A stretch of 63,386 nucleotides of DNA, the filler included, from Octopus bimaculoides (taxonomy: Eukaryota), in assembly GCF_001194135.2 (NCBI RefSeq). It is 5 parts of 4 records of this genome, joined end to end, with 100 filler letters (N's around TTAATTAATTAA, not from the genome) between each part and the next. Parts side by side here need not be neighbours in the genome. Positions count along the whole stretch, not along the records: positions 41,020 to 54,601 come from NC_068991.1; positions 54,702 to 63,386 come from NW_026343215.1; 3 more parts are not named here. One strand, written 5' to 3'. Below are positions 51,495-63,386 of the stretch, piece by piece. Each line of letters starts with the position of its first letter. Positions within the stretch are counted from its first letter, which is position 1. The notes below the pieces were generated by a model, which was given only the letters and a program-made list of their open reading frames with translations, was not told the origin of the DNA and searched no databases. A program made the translations under genes and the position numbers.

Positions 51495-52031
51495 TTAACA
51501 TAATCTATCACTCAGTTTAACATCTCCTACTCACCCTTGGGTAAATTTACTGGGATCGACTCTGTTACATATATTTAAGCAGCTGTAACCTAAAGATAAA
51601 TTTCTCACCAGTTTCGACGGCTCTGGTAAGGGTCATCACTGCCGATCGTCTCCTTCATATTAATTCATGAAAAATGAAACAAAATGGTATAGAATTGGAC
51701 GATCCTGGACGACCATGGATAAAATGGTCGACCATGGATAAAATGTCTTTGATCATCGGTTTTCTCGATCACGGTTTACCGGGGGCTAAACAACAACAAC
51801 AACAACAATTGTAATCAATGATTATGTAATTTCTGAGTGGGATTAGTGTTCGATTTATAATGTTTCCGTTGAGTGTTCGGGTTGGAGCTGGGGGAAGAGA
51901 GGCGGACATGGCCTGAAAAGGAATTTTGAGAGGATTATGTTATGTTAAAGTTCTGGTGAAGAAGGATTGGAGAAGAAACATGTTCTGTAGAAGACGTCAG
52001 ACGTGGTGAAAAGATGGGTGTGGGGTTGGTC

Positions 52032-52077
<46 letters not shown>

Positions 52078-52111
52078 TTGGTGGGTAAAGATCAAATGGT
52101 TTTAAAGTAAA

Positions 52112-52144
<33 letters not shown>

Positions 52145-52199
52145 TGGGTGACAGGATCAGTGTGGTTAAGAGAGACGAGTCTGAAAGCCTGAAATACAG

Positions 52200-53820
<1,621 letters not shown>

Positions 53821-54179
53821 TACTGCGAGAACAGTGTATGGACCGAGTGTGGTGGGAAAACACATCAGCAGACCATCATAAGATGAAAGGTGTTTGTGGG
53901 CAATGCTTTCCTAGATGTGCGTATTCTCAACCACCTACACACATTCTAGCAACATCATTGGAGATCAGCTTGGCACAAAGTGATGCGATTGCTAATAATA
54001 CAAGTGTACTTGGCACTGTTGAAGAAGTTAGAAGAAAAATCAATAGAGATTTCTTAGTTTTGAAATACAAATTATCAATGTAAATTATTGATTGAGTGAT
54101 CGTTAGATCTTGTGAGAGAAGGAGGTGGAGTAAACACTCTTCATGTGCGTGTGCATGTGTGAATGTGTTTGTGTGTCAA

Positions 54180-54222
<43 letters not shown>

Positions 54223-54227
54223 ATGTG

Positions 54228-54277
<50 letters not shown>

Positions 54278-54483
54278 GCCTGGAGTTATAAAGATTATTT
54301 TTGACTAGGAACAAAGCCAAATGTTTGTATGTTATGAGAAATAGTCGATTTAATTCCATCCTGTGTTATATTACTGGTATTAATAAAACCCAAACGACGA
54401 GAAACCTCTACCCTACACAGTCTCTAGTCATCGAAACATTGAGATGGCTCCGTAAACAGGTATATGTATATGCATGCATGTGC

Positions 54484-54521
<38 letters not shown>

Positions 54522-54713
54522 ATTTTTTTCCAGAGGATGTAGCAACCGTTACCAATATAGCATAAGAACTTACCTTAGGAGATCATAAAGACCCAATAAT
54601 ANNNNNNNNNNNNNNNNNNNNNNNNNNNNNNNNNNNNNNNNNNNNTTAATTAATTAANNNNNNNNNNNNNNNNNNNNNNNNNNNNNNNNNNNNNNNNNNN
54701 NGGTAGGTAGATA

Positions 54714-54759
<46 letters not shown>

Positions 54760-55049
54760 GAGAGACAGAGAAGGAGAGATAGATAGATAGATAGGTAGGT
54801 AGATAGAGATAGATAGATAGAGAGAGAGAGAAACACGACGGGATAGTTTCGGTTGGAATAACTTCTTCATACTTAATTCTGCTCGATTAGGGTCTTCGTA
54901 AGGGGGCTAAGAAAATAACAACAAAAAAAAGAACGAACAAACAAACAAACAAAAAATCAGCAAACAGGAATATAGTCGCAAAACGAGAATTAACAAACAA
55001 CAACAACAACAGAAAGGGAGGAGAAATATTCGTTTAAGACAGTACAAGT

Positions 55050-55830
55050 GCATCGTCATCATCGTCATCATCGTTATCGTCAGCATCATCGTCGTCGTCA
55101 TCGTCTTCATTAATATCATCATCATCGTCATCGTCATCATTGTCGACGTTGTGGTCATCGTTTCTTTTTTCACTAAGGTGTCGGTGGTGTGTTGCTGTTG
55201 TAGTTGGTGGTGGTGCTGCTGATGGTGGCGACTGTGCCCCGGGTGAGCTGTAGCCGGAGCAGCAGCAGCAAGACCGCATGTCACAAGAACAGCAGCAACA
55301 TCAACAACAGCAGCAGCAGCAGCAACATCAAAAACAGCACCTGCAGCAGTAATAACAGGTACCGACAACATTATCACAGCAGCAGCAGCGGCAGCGGCAG
55401 CAGCAGTAAAAACACCATCAGCTGGACAGCAGCACCAGCAGCAACATCAGCGGCAATACCAGAAGGAATATATCTCAGCATCAGCTGCAACAGCAGCAGC
55501 AATATCAGCAACATTAACAGTGACTGCATCTTCATCATTATCATCATCACCATCACCATCACCACCACCACCATCATCATCATCATCGTCATCATCATCA
55601 TCATCATCATTATTATCAGCAGCAGCATCAATGTAAAATATTTTAGCATCAAATAAATACATCAGCAGGAACCCAACAGCAACGACAACAGCTGTAGCGA
55701 AAAGAACTATCATCATCATCATCATTGACATGAGTAAATCCGAAATCAACATTGACAAATATATCCGACATCAGCAGCAAACGAGAACAGCAGCAGCAGC
55801 AAAACTAACAGAAAAATAACTGCTACAGCT
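55050..55830. repeat. Degenerate trinucleotide field (CAT/CAG/CAA/GTT)
   Basis: Seen directly. Produces low-complexity ORFs on both strands. Confidence 0.85.
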
Positions 55831-56650
55831 ACGGACAAAGATTAGTTTTTGAGATTCTTCTGCTTAGATCTGACGGGACTGCCCCTACACTGTCGCTTCC
55901 GATGACAACTTGCATCTTTGTGTGAATTATACACATTTGTCGTGCAACAAGCTCTGCATCTATTGCAAACTGTACAATTCGATGCGCATATCAGAACTCA
56001 GAAACAAGCCTTAAACAAATTCTTTTTTTTTTATTATCATTCGCGTTACATACACCTTTCTTCCTAACTAATTAATTTTCCTTTTGTATCCTCTCTCTAT
56101 CCATCTGTCCACCTGTCTCTCTCGTCTCTCACTCTCTCTCTGATTCGTCGCTGTTTTTTTTCGGTATTTTTGTGCATGTTCGCTTTTAATTTTTGCAATT
56201 GTTTCTCTGTCTCCTCACCCCTTATTCTAACTATTGATACTACATTATATATACTACATTATACATACTACGTATATATATATATATCTATATGCACACA
56301 TACACACACACCTACGTATATATACATACATACATGCATACATGCCCACGTAGATGACTTCAAAATAAGACTAACTTTTAAAATTTTGACTTTCGCCGCT
56401 AAATTTTAACCCCACCCACTGTCATTTTTTCCCCTTATTTTTATTCTCCAATATTCTTCAAATACCTCTCAATATTTTATATTATTTTATATTCTAAGTC
56501 AAGAATTATACCAGTCATCACCATTAATATAATATGTATCTTTAATAATAATATTAATAATAATAATAACAACGTAACTATTACTATGATAAGTCTGACT
56601 ACATTGACTACATTCTTCGATTAATTAATTTTGGTAAGTTATTTTTCTAC

Positions 56651-56683
<33 letters not shown>

Positions 56684-58101
56684 CATCATTATTATTATTA
56701 GTATTATTATTATTAGATATTCATGATATTTTGGTTTTGATACTGCTATTATTTGATATTATGTTATAAATATTAGTCTTAAAAAAAATAGCACAATAAG
56801 CGAATCATTCGCGCGCTTACCCCTCCCCTTCCTCTCTCTCTCTCTCTCTCTCTCTCTTGGTTAAATGTTTGGCTATCATATCCCCTTATTGAATTTAAAA
56901 CGGCCCCAAACTGAGTTAATTTAAAAACAAAGCAATTAAGAAGCATAAAAGTAGCTTACAAGAAATTATTATTTAAACTAACAAGACTTATAATTTTTTT
57001 TTCCAATTTTATTTTTAAAATAACTTGTTATCCCCATCGTTATTATTATCATTATTATTATTATTATTATTATTGTTGNNNNNNNNNNNNNNNNNNNNNN
57101 NNNNNNNNNNNNNNNNNNNNNNNNNNNNNNNNNNNNNNNNNNNNNNNNNNNNNNNNNNNNNNNNNNNNNNNNNNNNNNNNNNNNNNNNNNNNNNNNNNNN
57201 NNNNNNNNNNNNNNNNNNNNNNNNNNNNNNNNNNNNNNNNNNNNNNNNNNNNNNNNNNNNNNNNNNNNNNNNNNNNNNNNNNNNNNNNNNNNNNNNNNNN
57301 NNNNNNNNNNNNNNNNNNNNNNNNNNNNNNNNNNNNNNNNNNNNNNNNNNNNNNNNNNNNNNNNNNNNNNNNNNNNNNNNNNNNNNNNNNNNNNNNNNNN
57401 NNNNNNNNNNNNNNNNNNNNNNNNNNNNNNNNNNNNNNNNNNNNNNNNNNNNNNNNNNNNNNNNNNNNNNNNNNNNNNNNNNNNNNNNNNNNNNNNNNNN
57501 NNNNNNNNNNNNNNNNNNNNNNNNNNNNNNNNNNNNNNNNNNNNNNNNNNNNNNNNNNNNNNNNNNNNNNNNNNNNNNNNNNNNNNNNNNNNNNNNNNNN
57601 NNNNNNNNNNNNNNNNNNNNNNNNNNNNNNNNNNNNNNNNNNNNNNNNNNNNNNNNNNNNNNNNNNNNNNNNNNNNNNNNNNNNNNNNNNNNNNNNNNNN
57701 NNNNNNNNNNNNNNNNNNNNNNNNNNNNNNNNNNNNNNNNNNNNNNNNNNNNNNNNNNNNNNNNNNNNNNNNNNNNNNNNNNNNNNNNNNNNNNNNNNNN
57801 NNNNNNNNNNNNNNNNNNNNNNNNNNNNNNNNNNNNNNNNNNNTTTCTAATGTTGTTATTGTTTTCTAGTCTTAATATTTTCTTTTCCACTTTCATCATC
57901 TCCTTCTCCTGCTTCTTCTTCATCGTCATTTTCTTTGAGATCACACTCTTCCGAGTCGAAAAAAAAAGAAAAAAAAGAAAAAGGACTACCAGTAATATAC
58001 GGCTAAATCGATTCCAACTGCCACAACTTTCCCCAGTCCCCTCGTAAATCTGGTGGGGGCCGACTTTGTGCTGTTGATAGTAATAGTTGTTGTTATTATT
58101 C

Positions 58102-58900
58102 CGGCGAGCTGGGGGGATCGTTAAGCACGCCAGGCAAAATGCTTAGCGGTATTTCGTCCATCTTTACGTTGTGATTTCAAATTCTGCCGAGGTCGACTTT
58201 ACCTTTCATCCTTTCGGGGTTGATAAACTAAGTACCGGTTGAGTACTGGTATCGATGTAATCGATTTATCTCTTCCCCCCTTGTGCCTATAATAGAAATA
58301 ATTATTATACTAGTCCTATTGCTAGAGTAGTGGAGGGGCAATGGCCTAGTGGTTAGGGCAGCGGACTCGCGGTCATAGTATCGCGGCTTCGATTCCCAGA
58401 CCGGGCGTTGTGAGTGTTTATTGAGCGAAAACACCTAAAGGTCCACGAGGCTCCGGCAGGCGATTGTGGCGAACCCTGCTGTACTCTTTCACCACAACTT
58501 TCTCTCACTCTTTCTTCCTGTTTCTGTTGTGCCTGTATTTCAAAGGGCCAGCCTTGTCACTCTGTGTCACGCTGAATATCCCCGAGAACTACGTTAAGGG
58601 TAGACGTGTCTGTGGAGTGCTCAGCCACTTGCACGTTAATTTCACGAGCAGGCTGTCCCGTTGATCGGATCAACTGGAACCCTCATCGTCGTAAGCAACG
58701 GAGTGCCAACTGCTAGAGTATCGGAGAAAAAAATGTCCCGTGATATTTACTTCCTGAGTTCAAATCCTGCCGAGATCAAATTTGCTTTTCATCCCCCTGA
58801 ATTCGATAAAATGAATTACAGTTTCAGCACGGGGATTGAAGATATTATCTAAACCCTTCCTTGAAATTTAAGTGTGCCTTCGTTAGAAACAGAAGTTTTA
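58102..58900 (+). mobile_element. SINE cluster: Meta-like (58102-58305), long tRNA-headed SINE (58331-58712), Meta-like fragment (58740-58890)
   Basis: A-box TGGCCTAGTGG and B-box TTCGATTCCC at about 58341-58396. Family cores in the flanking copies. Confidence 0.85.
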
Positions 58901-59499
58901 TTAGGGCAGTGAATTAGTAGAAAACGGTGGTGTACGGGGCCGGACAAAATGCTTGTAGCGATGCCAGAGTCATAATTTGAACAAAATTAATACAAGGTAC
59001 TCACATTTCAAACTGATCCACAATACTTGAATAGTACTTTATTTTATCGAGCCCGGAACCATAGAAGGATAAAACGTAAAGCTGACTTCCTCAGAATTCA
59101 AAATAAGGACGCAAAAAAAAACCCTGGAGCACGTTTTGTCTTAACGATAATTTCTAAGATATGTGGAATGCAATGCTTTCTTTTTGCGTGGGTAAGTAGT
59201 TAGCTGTTACTTTAGTTCATCGACTGCAGAAAAATGATCCTTCTATATCCACTATCTGTAGCAAGCAAGCTCTCTTTTACATGGCTTTCATTATCAGTTA
59301 CCTCGCTGACCCTCTGCCTTATCAGCTCCTAGCATTGGTGTTACCTTACTTCTGCTGCACCTGTCAAGCCCTAGACATCCTTGATAGACTACCCAGCAAT
59401 CTCCACAACTTCCGGGAATTTCACTTCCTGTCATCTTTGTAGTTTAGTCGGCGTTATTCTGAGTTATTCTGGATTCGAATTTCACTGAGTATTTAAGCT

Positions 59500-60070
59500 T
59501 AGAATGTGAAAGAGCCTGTATAAATACCTCAAAGCATTTTGTCCATCGCCTTAACGGTTCTTTCAATCTACTAACCCGGAAGAATAAAAAATGTGGTTGA
59601 CCTCGGCAGGATTTGAAATTAGCATGCAAAAAACTGAAATAGAATCGCAAAGAGTTTAGTTCGAAGCTCTAACAGTTCATTGTATCTGATTTCTTTTCAC
59701 TGTTTCATTCACTGCACTGCGGCCATGCTGGGGCATCACTTTGAAGGGTTTAGTCGAACAAATCGACCGTGGTACTTATTTTTCTAAAGCCTAGTATTTA
59801 TTCTGTCTGTGTCTTTTCTCGCAGCACTAAGTTACTAGATGTAAACAAAATAAAGCCGGTTATTAAGCAGGGGAGCGGATATACGCAAATACAAAGATAT
59901 ACATACGCACACACAAATATACACACATACATGTATACGATGGGTTTTCATACAGTTTCCGCCTACCAAATTCATTCAGAAGGCATTTATCGACTTGTGG
60001 CCATAGTAGAAAACACTCGCTCAGTGGGACTGAGTCAAAAACCATGTGGTTGTAAAGCGAGCCATACTCA
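59500..60070 (-). mobile_element. Three adjacent decayed SINEs, including a CORE-like copy at 59925-60070
   Basis: GACCTCGGCAGGATTTGAA; TGCGGCCATGCTGGGGCA...TAGTCGAACAAATCGACC; CAGTTTCCGCCTACCAAATTCA...GTGGGACTGA. Confidence 0.7.
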
Positions 60071-60102
60071 AGTTAGGAGCCAATCTTATAGCAGATGACT
60101 AA

Positions 60103-60674
60103 CCTTTAGCCTTTAAACTGGCCATATCCAGCCCTAATATTCTTATTGTTTTACGTTCAAGCTAGCCAAATCTGGCCTCTTACACCTACCCTAGAATGTC
60201 ATACCTAGACTAAAGTGTCACATCATTGAAATCTCAAAGCTACAAAACAATACATGAGTAATTCAAAATAATGTAAATATATAACTTTGAAGAATGTAGT
60301 TGTATAAAGCCGGAACAACGGGAGAAGGTACAAAGTAAACTACAAAATGGAAAGAAAACAGAACAAGGTTGTATCTCTATATTTCGGAGTGAAGACCTTT
60401 TCTTCAGGACATTCGGTGGCTGGGAAACTTTTTCCAAACACTGCTTTTCTGAATGTCCTGAAGAAGGAGTCTTCACCCCGAAATATAGAAATAGAAGGTA
60501 AAACTGCAGCTGAGTACTGTTTTTTCATTTTGTAGTTTACTTTGTACCTTCCTGCATTGTTCCGGTTTTACACAACTGCATTCTTTAAGATTATACCTCA
60601 CAATGTTTGACAAAAACTACCTCATCTAAATATATAAGCATTACATTTGATAGAGTAATCTGAATGCTAAAGGG
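60103..60674. mobile_element. piggyBac-like MITE hosting the palindromic insertion
   Basis: CCTTTAGC...AATGCTAAAGGG followed by TTAA (60675-78). Same family as 50459. Confidence 0.82.
60285..60626. mobile_element. TSD-flanked palindromic insertion with a hammerhead-like motif on each strand (PLE pseudo-LTR-derived or retrozyme-like)
   Basis: 11-bp TSD TAAATATATAA (60274-84 and 60627-37). Imperfect arms at about 60285-60414 and 60451-60592. CTGAAGA...GAAATATA on + (60458-60487) and on - (60407-60378). Confidence 0.75.
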
Positions 60675-60799
60675 TTAAATCAATACTCTTGCCCGTGTAC
60701 TACAGTCGTACCACCCACCCATCTTCTCTCTCTACCTTCTCCACTGCTACTATAGTACCCTCTGTCCCTTACGACTCGCTGGTCTTGTACCACTTAGAC

Positions 60800-61022
60800 C
60801 AGTGATGATTTTCAATCATTTTTTGCCTTTAGACTCCCTTTTGATTCCTATTTTACTCTTGTTGACCTTACTAGTCATTCGATGTTTAAAAAATCCTTAT
60901 ATATTTCTATAATTAAATATAAGAAATTATATTTTTAAAAAATTGAAAGTATTTTGTATAATGTAATGTTATGTGGACCCCCTCCCACCAAGTGTCATGT
61001 AGACCCTGGGTGAGAACCACTG
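60800..61022. mobile_element. hAT-like MITE
   Basis: Ends CAGTGATG... and ...GAGAACCACTG. 8-bp TSD ACTTAGAC / ATTTAGAC. Confidence 0.8.
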
Positions 61023-61539
61023 ATTTAGACACACTCAGCTCCCTCGCCCCCCCTCATCTCGTCAACCTTATAATGTTCATCATCTCCTGCAAACACTACC
61101 TTACACACAATCTTTTCTCTACAGAAAAATTGGTTCTGTGGAGTTCTTTCCCTGTACATGCATTTTTGTTCTTCAGCTTTTGAGTTCCAACTTTTCAAGA
61201 GGTATGTTGACGGCATCATTCTCATCGTTCTGAAGATCTGCAAGGGCCATGGGCTCAGCCGTCTTCCTCAAGATCAAGATAATTGTAAAAAAATGTATCT
61301 AGTACTTACTTTATCAATCCTGAAAAGGCGAAAGACAAATCCGTTCTCGGCGGGTTTTGAACACAATTTGTAATGGAACGTAACCATACACGTACATCAT
61401 AAGGCATTCAGTTCTACCCTTTGTTGTTTTTACTATCCACTTCCTTGTGCTGTTTTTTGCTTTGTTTTGTTTTAATAAGGGTTTCTAATTTAATAAAACG
61501 GCCAGTGATTCTGAGTGGAGATAGGGGTTAGTCAATGAC

Positions 61540-62170
61540 GTCGATTCATGTACTTGCCTTGTACTGTATCTATCGACCTCAATAGAATGAAAATAGAGTT
61601 GATATCGGTAGGATTAAGATTCAGGAAGTAAATAATCGGAATAAAATACCAGAAAGCAATTTTTCCGAGGCTCAAACGATTCTGTCAAAATTACCATTGT
61701 TTTATTTTGTTTTTAATAATCCTTTCTACAATAGGTACAAAGCTAGACATTTTGGGGGAGGGGATAGCCGATTAGCTCTACTTCAGGGCTCAATTAGTAC
61801 TTGTTTTAGCGATCTTAAAAAAAAACAAAAAAAAAAACGAAAGGCATAGCAAAGACGGACGAAATGCCGCAAAGCATTTCGTCCGGCGAGCTAACGATTC
61901 CGCCAGCTCACCGCCTTATATTTTGTTTTTAATAATGACAGGGGAATAAAAGGTGGCGAGCTGACAGAATCGTTAGCACGCCGGGTAAAATGCTTAGCGA
62001 CATTTCTTCCATCTTTACGTTCTGAGTTTAGTTTCCGCCAAGGTCGACTTTGCATTTCATACTTTTGGGGTCGATAAAATAAGCATCAGTTAAGCACGGG
62101 TCAAGATAATCGATTTACTCTGCTCCCCCGAAATTGCTGGCCTTGTGCCAAAATTTGAAACTAATAATGA
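61540..62170. mobile_element. Meta-like SINE copies (minus at about 61540-61690 and 61720-61915; plus at 61950-62170)
   Basis: GGTGGCGAGCTGACAGAATCGTTAGCACGCCGGG head and family core. Confidence 0.8.
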
Positions 62171-63386
62171 CAGGAATAATCACGGTCGTGTGCTTATGTA
62201 GTACAATATTGCAAAGTTCCAGTATAAGGATTTCGCAAATTTGTGGTTATTGTACCGATCCACCTGCCCGACATCTTGGGCCAGTGTATAATACAATAAT
62301 CTGGAAGTCAACCCAAGAATTGTCAGTGAAATTAGGTTTTTAGAAACTGTGTCGATGTTCTTTGGGTGAACCATATCTGTTCTAGAGTGGTGGAGCAAGT
62401 CGGACATCCCGTTTTAGTATCACTACTTGGCCCTTTGTTAACTTTAGCGGCATCCACGCACCAAGACTGGGTCTTGTGCTTGATAATAAACTCGATAACT
62501 TAATGCACTGTTCCCTACTATAGCAGCCCCATTAATAATCTTTTCTACAGCCCTCTTCCCCTTGCCAGTACTGGAGACCTCGCATATGATCCTTTCCAGA
62601 AGCCTTCAAAGCTGGTGAAAGGAAAAGTGACAGTTATCCTCAGACTGTAGATGGTGTCTAAGTGCTCACAACAAATTGGGCCTCGCTAAAGGGACACAAG
62701 GGTCAGCAAGTGATGTTAAACCTAGCAATGGATTAAGTTTATCACTTGAGAAATCGAATGAGTCATTAAGAAGTTCGCTTCATTATCGAGAGATCCCTGT
62801 TTCAATCCAATCGCATAGCATCTTGAGTGGGGCGCTTACACCCAAGACTTAAAAGTGAAATTGGGTACTGAGAAATGAAGAACCTCGTCTGATAGATGGT
62901 ACTTGTTTCTCAAAGGCCGCACATATTTATGTAACGCTCATTTTCCTGAGAATTAAGCTAAAAGGGTAATAGTCTTTGGAATACAGAATCAATTATACGG
63001 TAATTCAATGAGCACGTAGTTCAGTTGATAGGAAACTAGGATATTTATCGTCGAAACCGACTAAGATACGTTTGCTAGCCTTGAATACGGAAGCAGTTGA
63101 TTGAACGACTGTGATGCGCAAAGATACAATTGTGGTCATTGAATCAACGTGTTTTTGTTAAACATTTATGTTCATCATTATACACACACGCGTGCGCATG
63201 CACGTACTCACGCACATACACACAAGTACACATACACACACACATACATACACACATACATATACACACATGCATACATATGTGTGTGTGTGTAGATATA
63301 TGTATTATTACTTGCCGTTGCTTACCGTAGCAGTTCATTCAGCTGTTTGTCATATAAATGTATGTGTGTGTGTATGTATATATATA

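Noticed and set aside
54907-55758. Ser/Gln/Ala/His-rich ORFs on both strands
   Set aside because: Degenerate trinucleotide repeats open in several frames, with no domain or convincing splice context.
58331-58410. tRNA gene (also 30432 and 18785)
   Set aside because: A/B boxes are present but there is no complete cloverleaf, and each continues into a repeated SINE body.
61125-61201. Plus-strand 77-nt exon candidate with good AG and GTATGT sites
   Set aside because: No recognisable peptide or partner exons, and it lies in probable decayed repeat sequence.

Overview
Repeat-dense, AT-rich animal genomic scaffold with about 18 N-gaps. The very high microsatellite load and the SINE/LINE families suggest an octopus or other cephalopod (inference). 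Only one host exon is confidently recognisable: a minus-strand terminal exon (8237-8410) encoding the C-terminus of a copper amine oxidase (DLVAWITLGFQHIP...LLMPFNYFDKDP). The rest is mostly decayed mobile DNA. It includes RTE LINEs (one with a PHD-type finger inside the RT), R4/Dong-like REL retroelements in (TAA)n tracts, and six Penelope-like elements (PLEs) from three apparent lineages (Neptune-, Hydra- and Naiad-like). It also includes three Tc1/mariner fossils (DD37E/TRT-like, mariner, DD41D-like), hAT and piggyBac-like MITEs, Gypsy remnants and many tRNA-derived SINEs. The most interesting structures are hammerhead-ribozyme-like motifs at PLE 3' ends, a 342-bp TSD-flanked palindrome with a hammerhead-like core on each strand (60285-60626), same-strand joins between different PLE lineages, and two permuted inverted/direct repeat arrays. 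There is no CRISPR array, rRNA or true tRNA gene. Nothing here demonstrates a wholly new system. Clade names rest on motif recall, not database searches.
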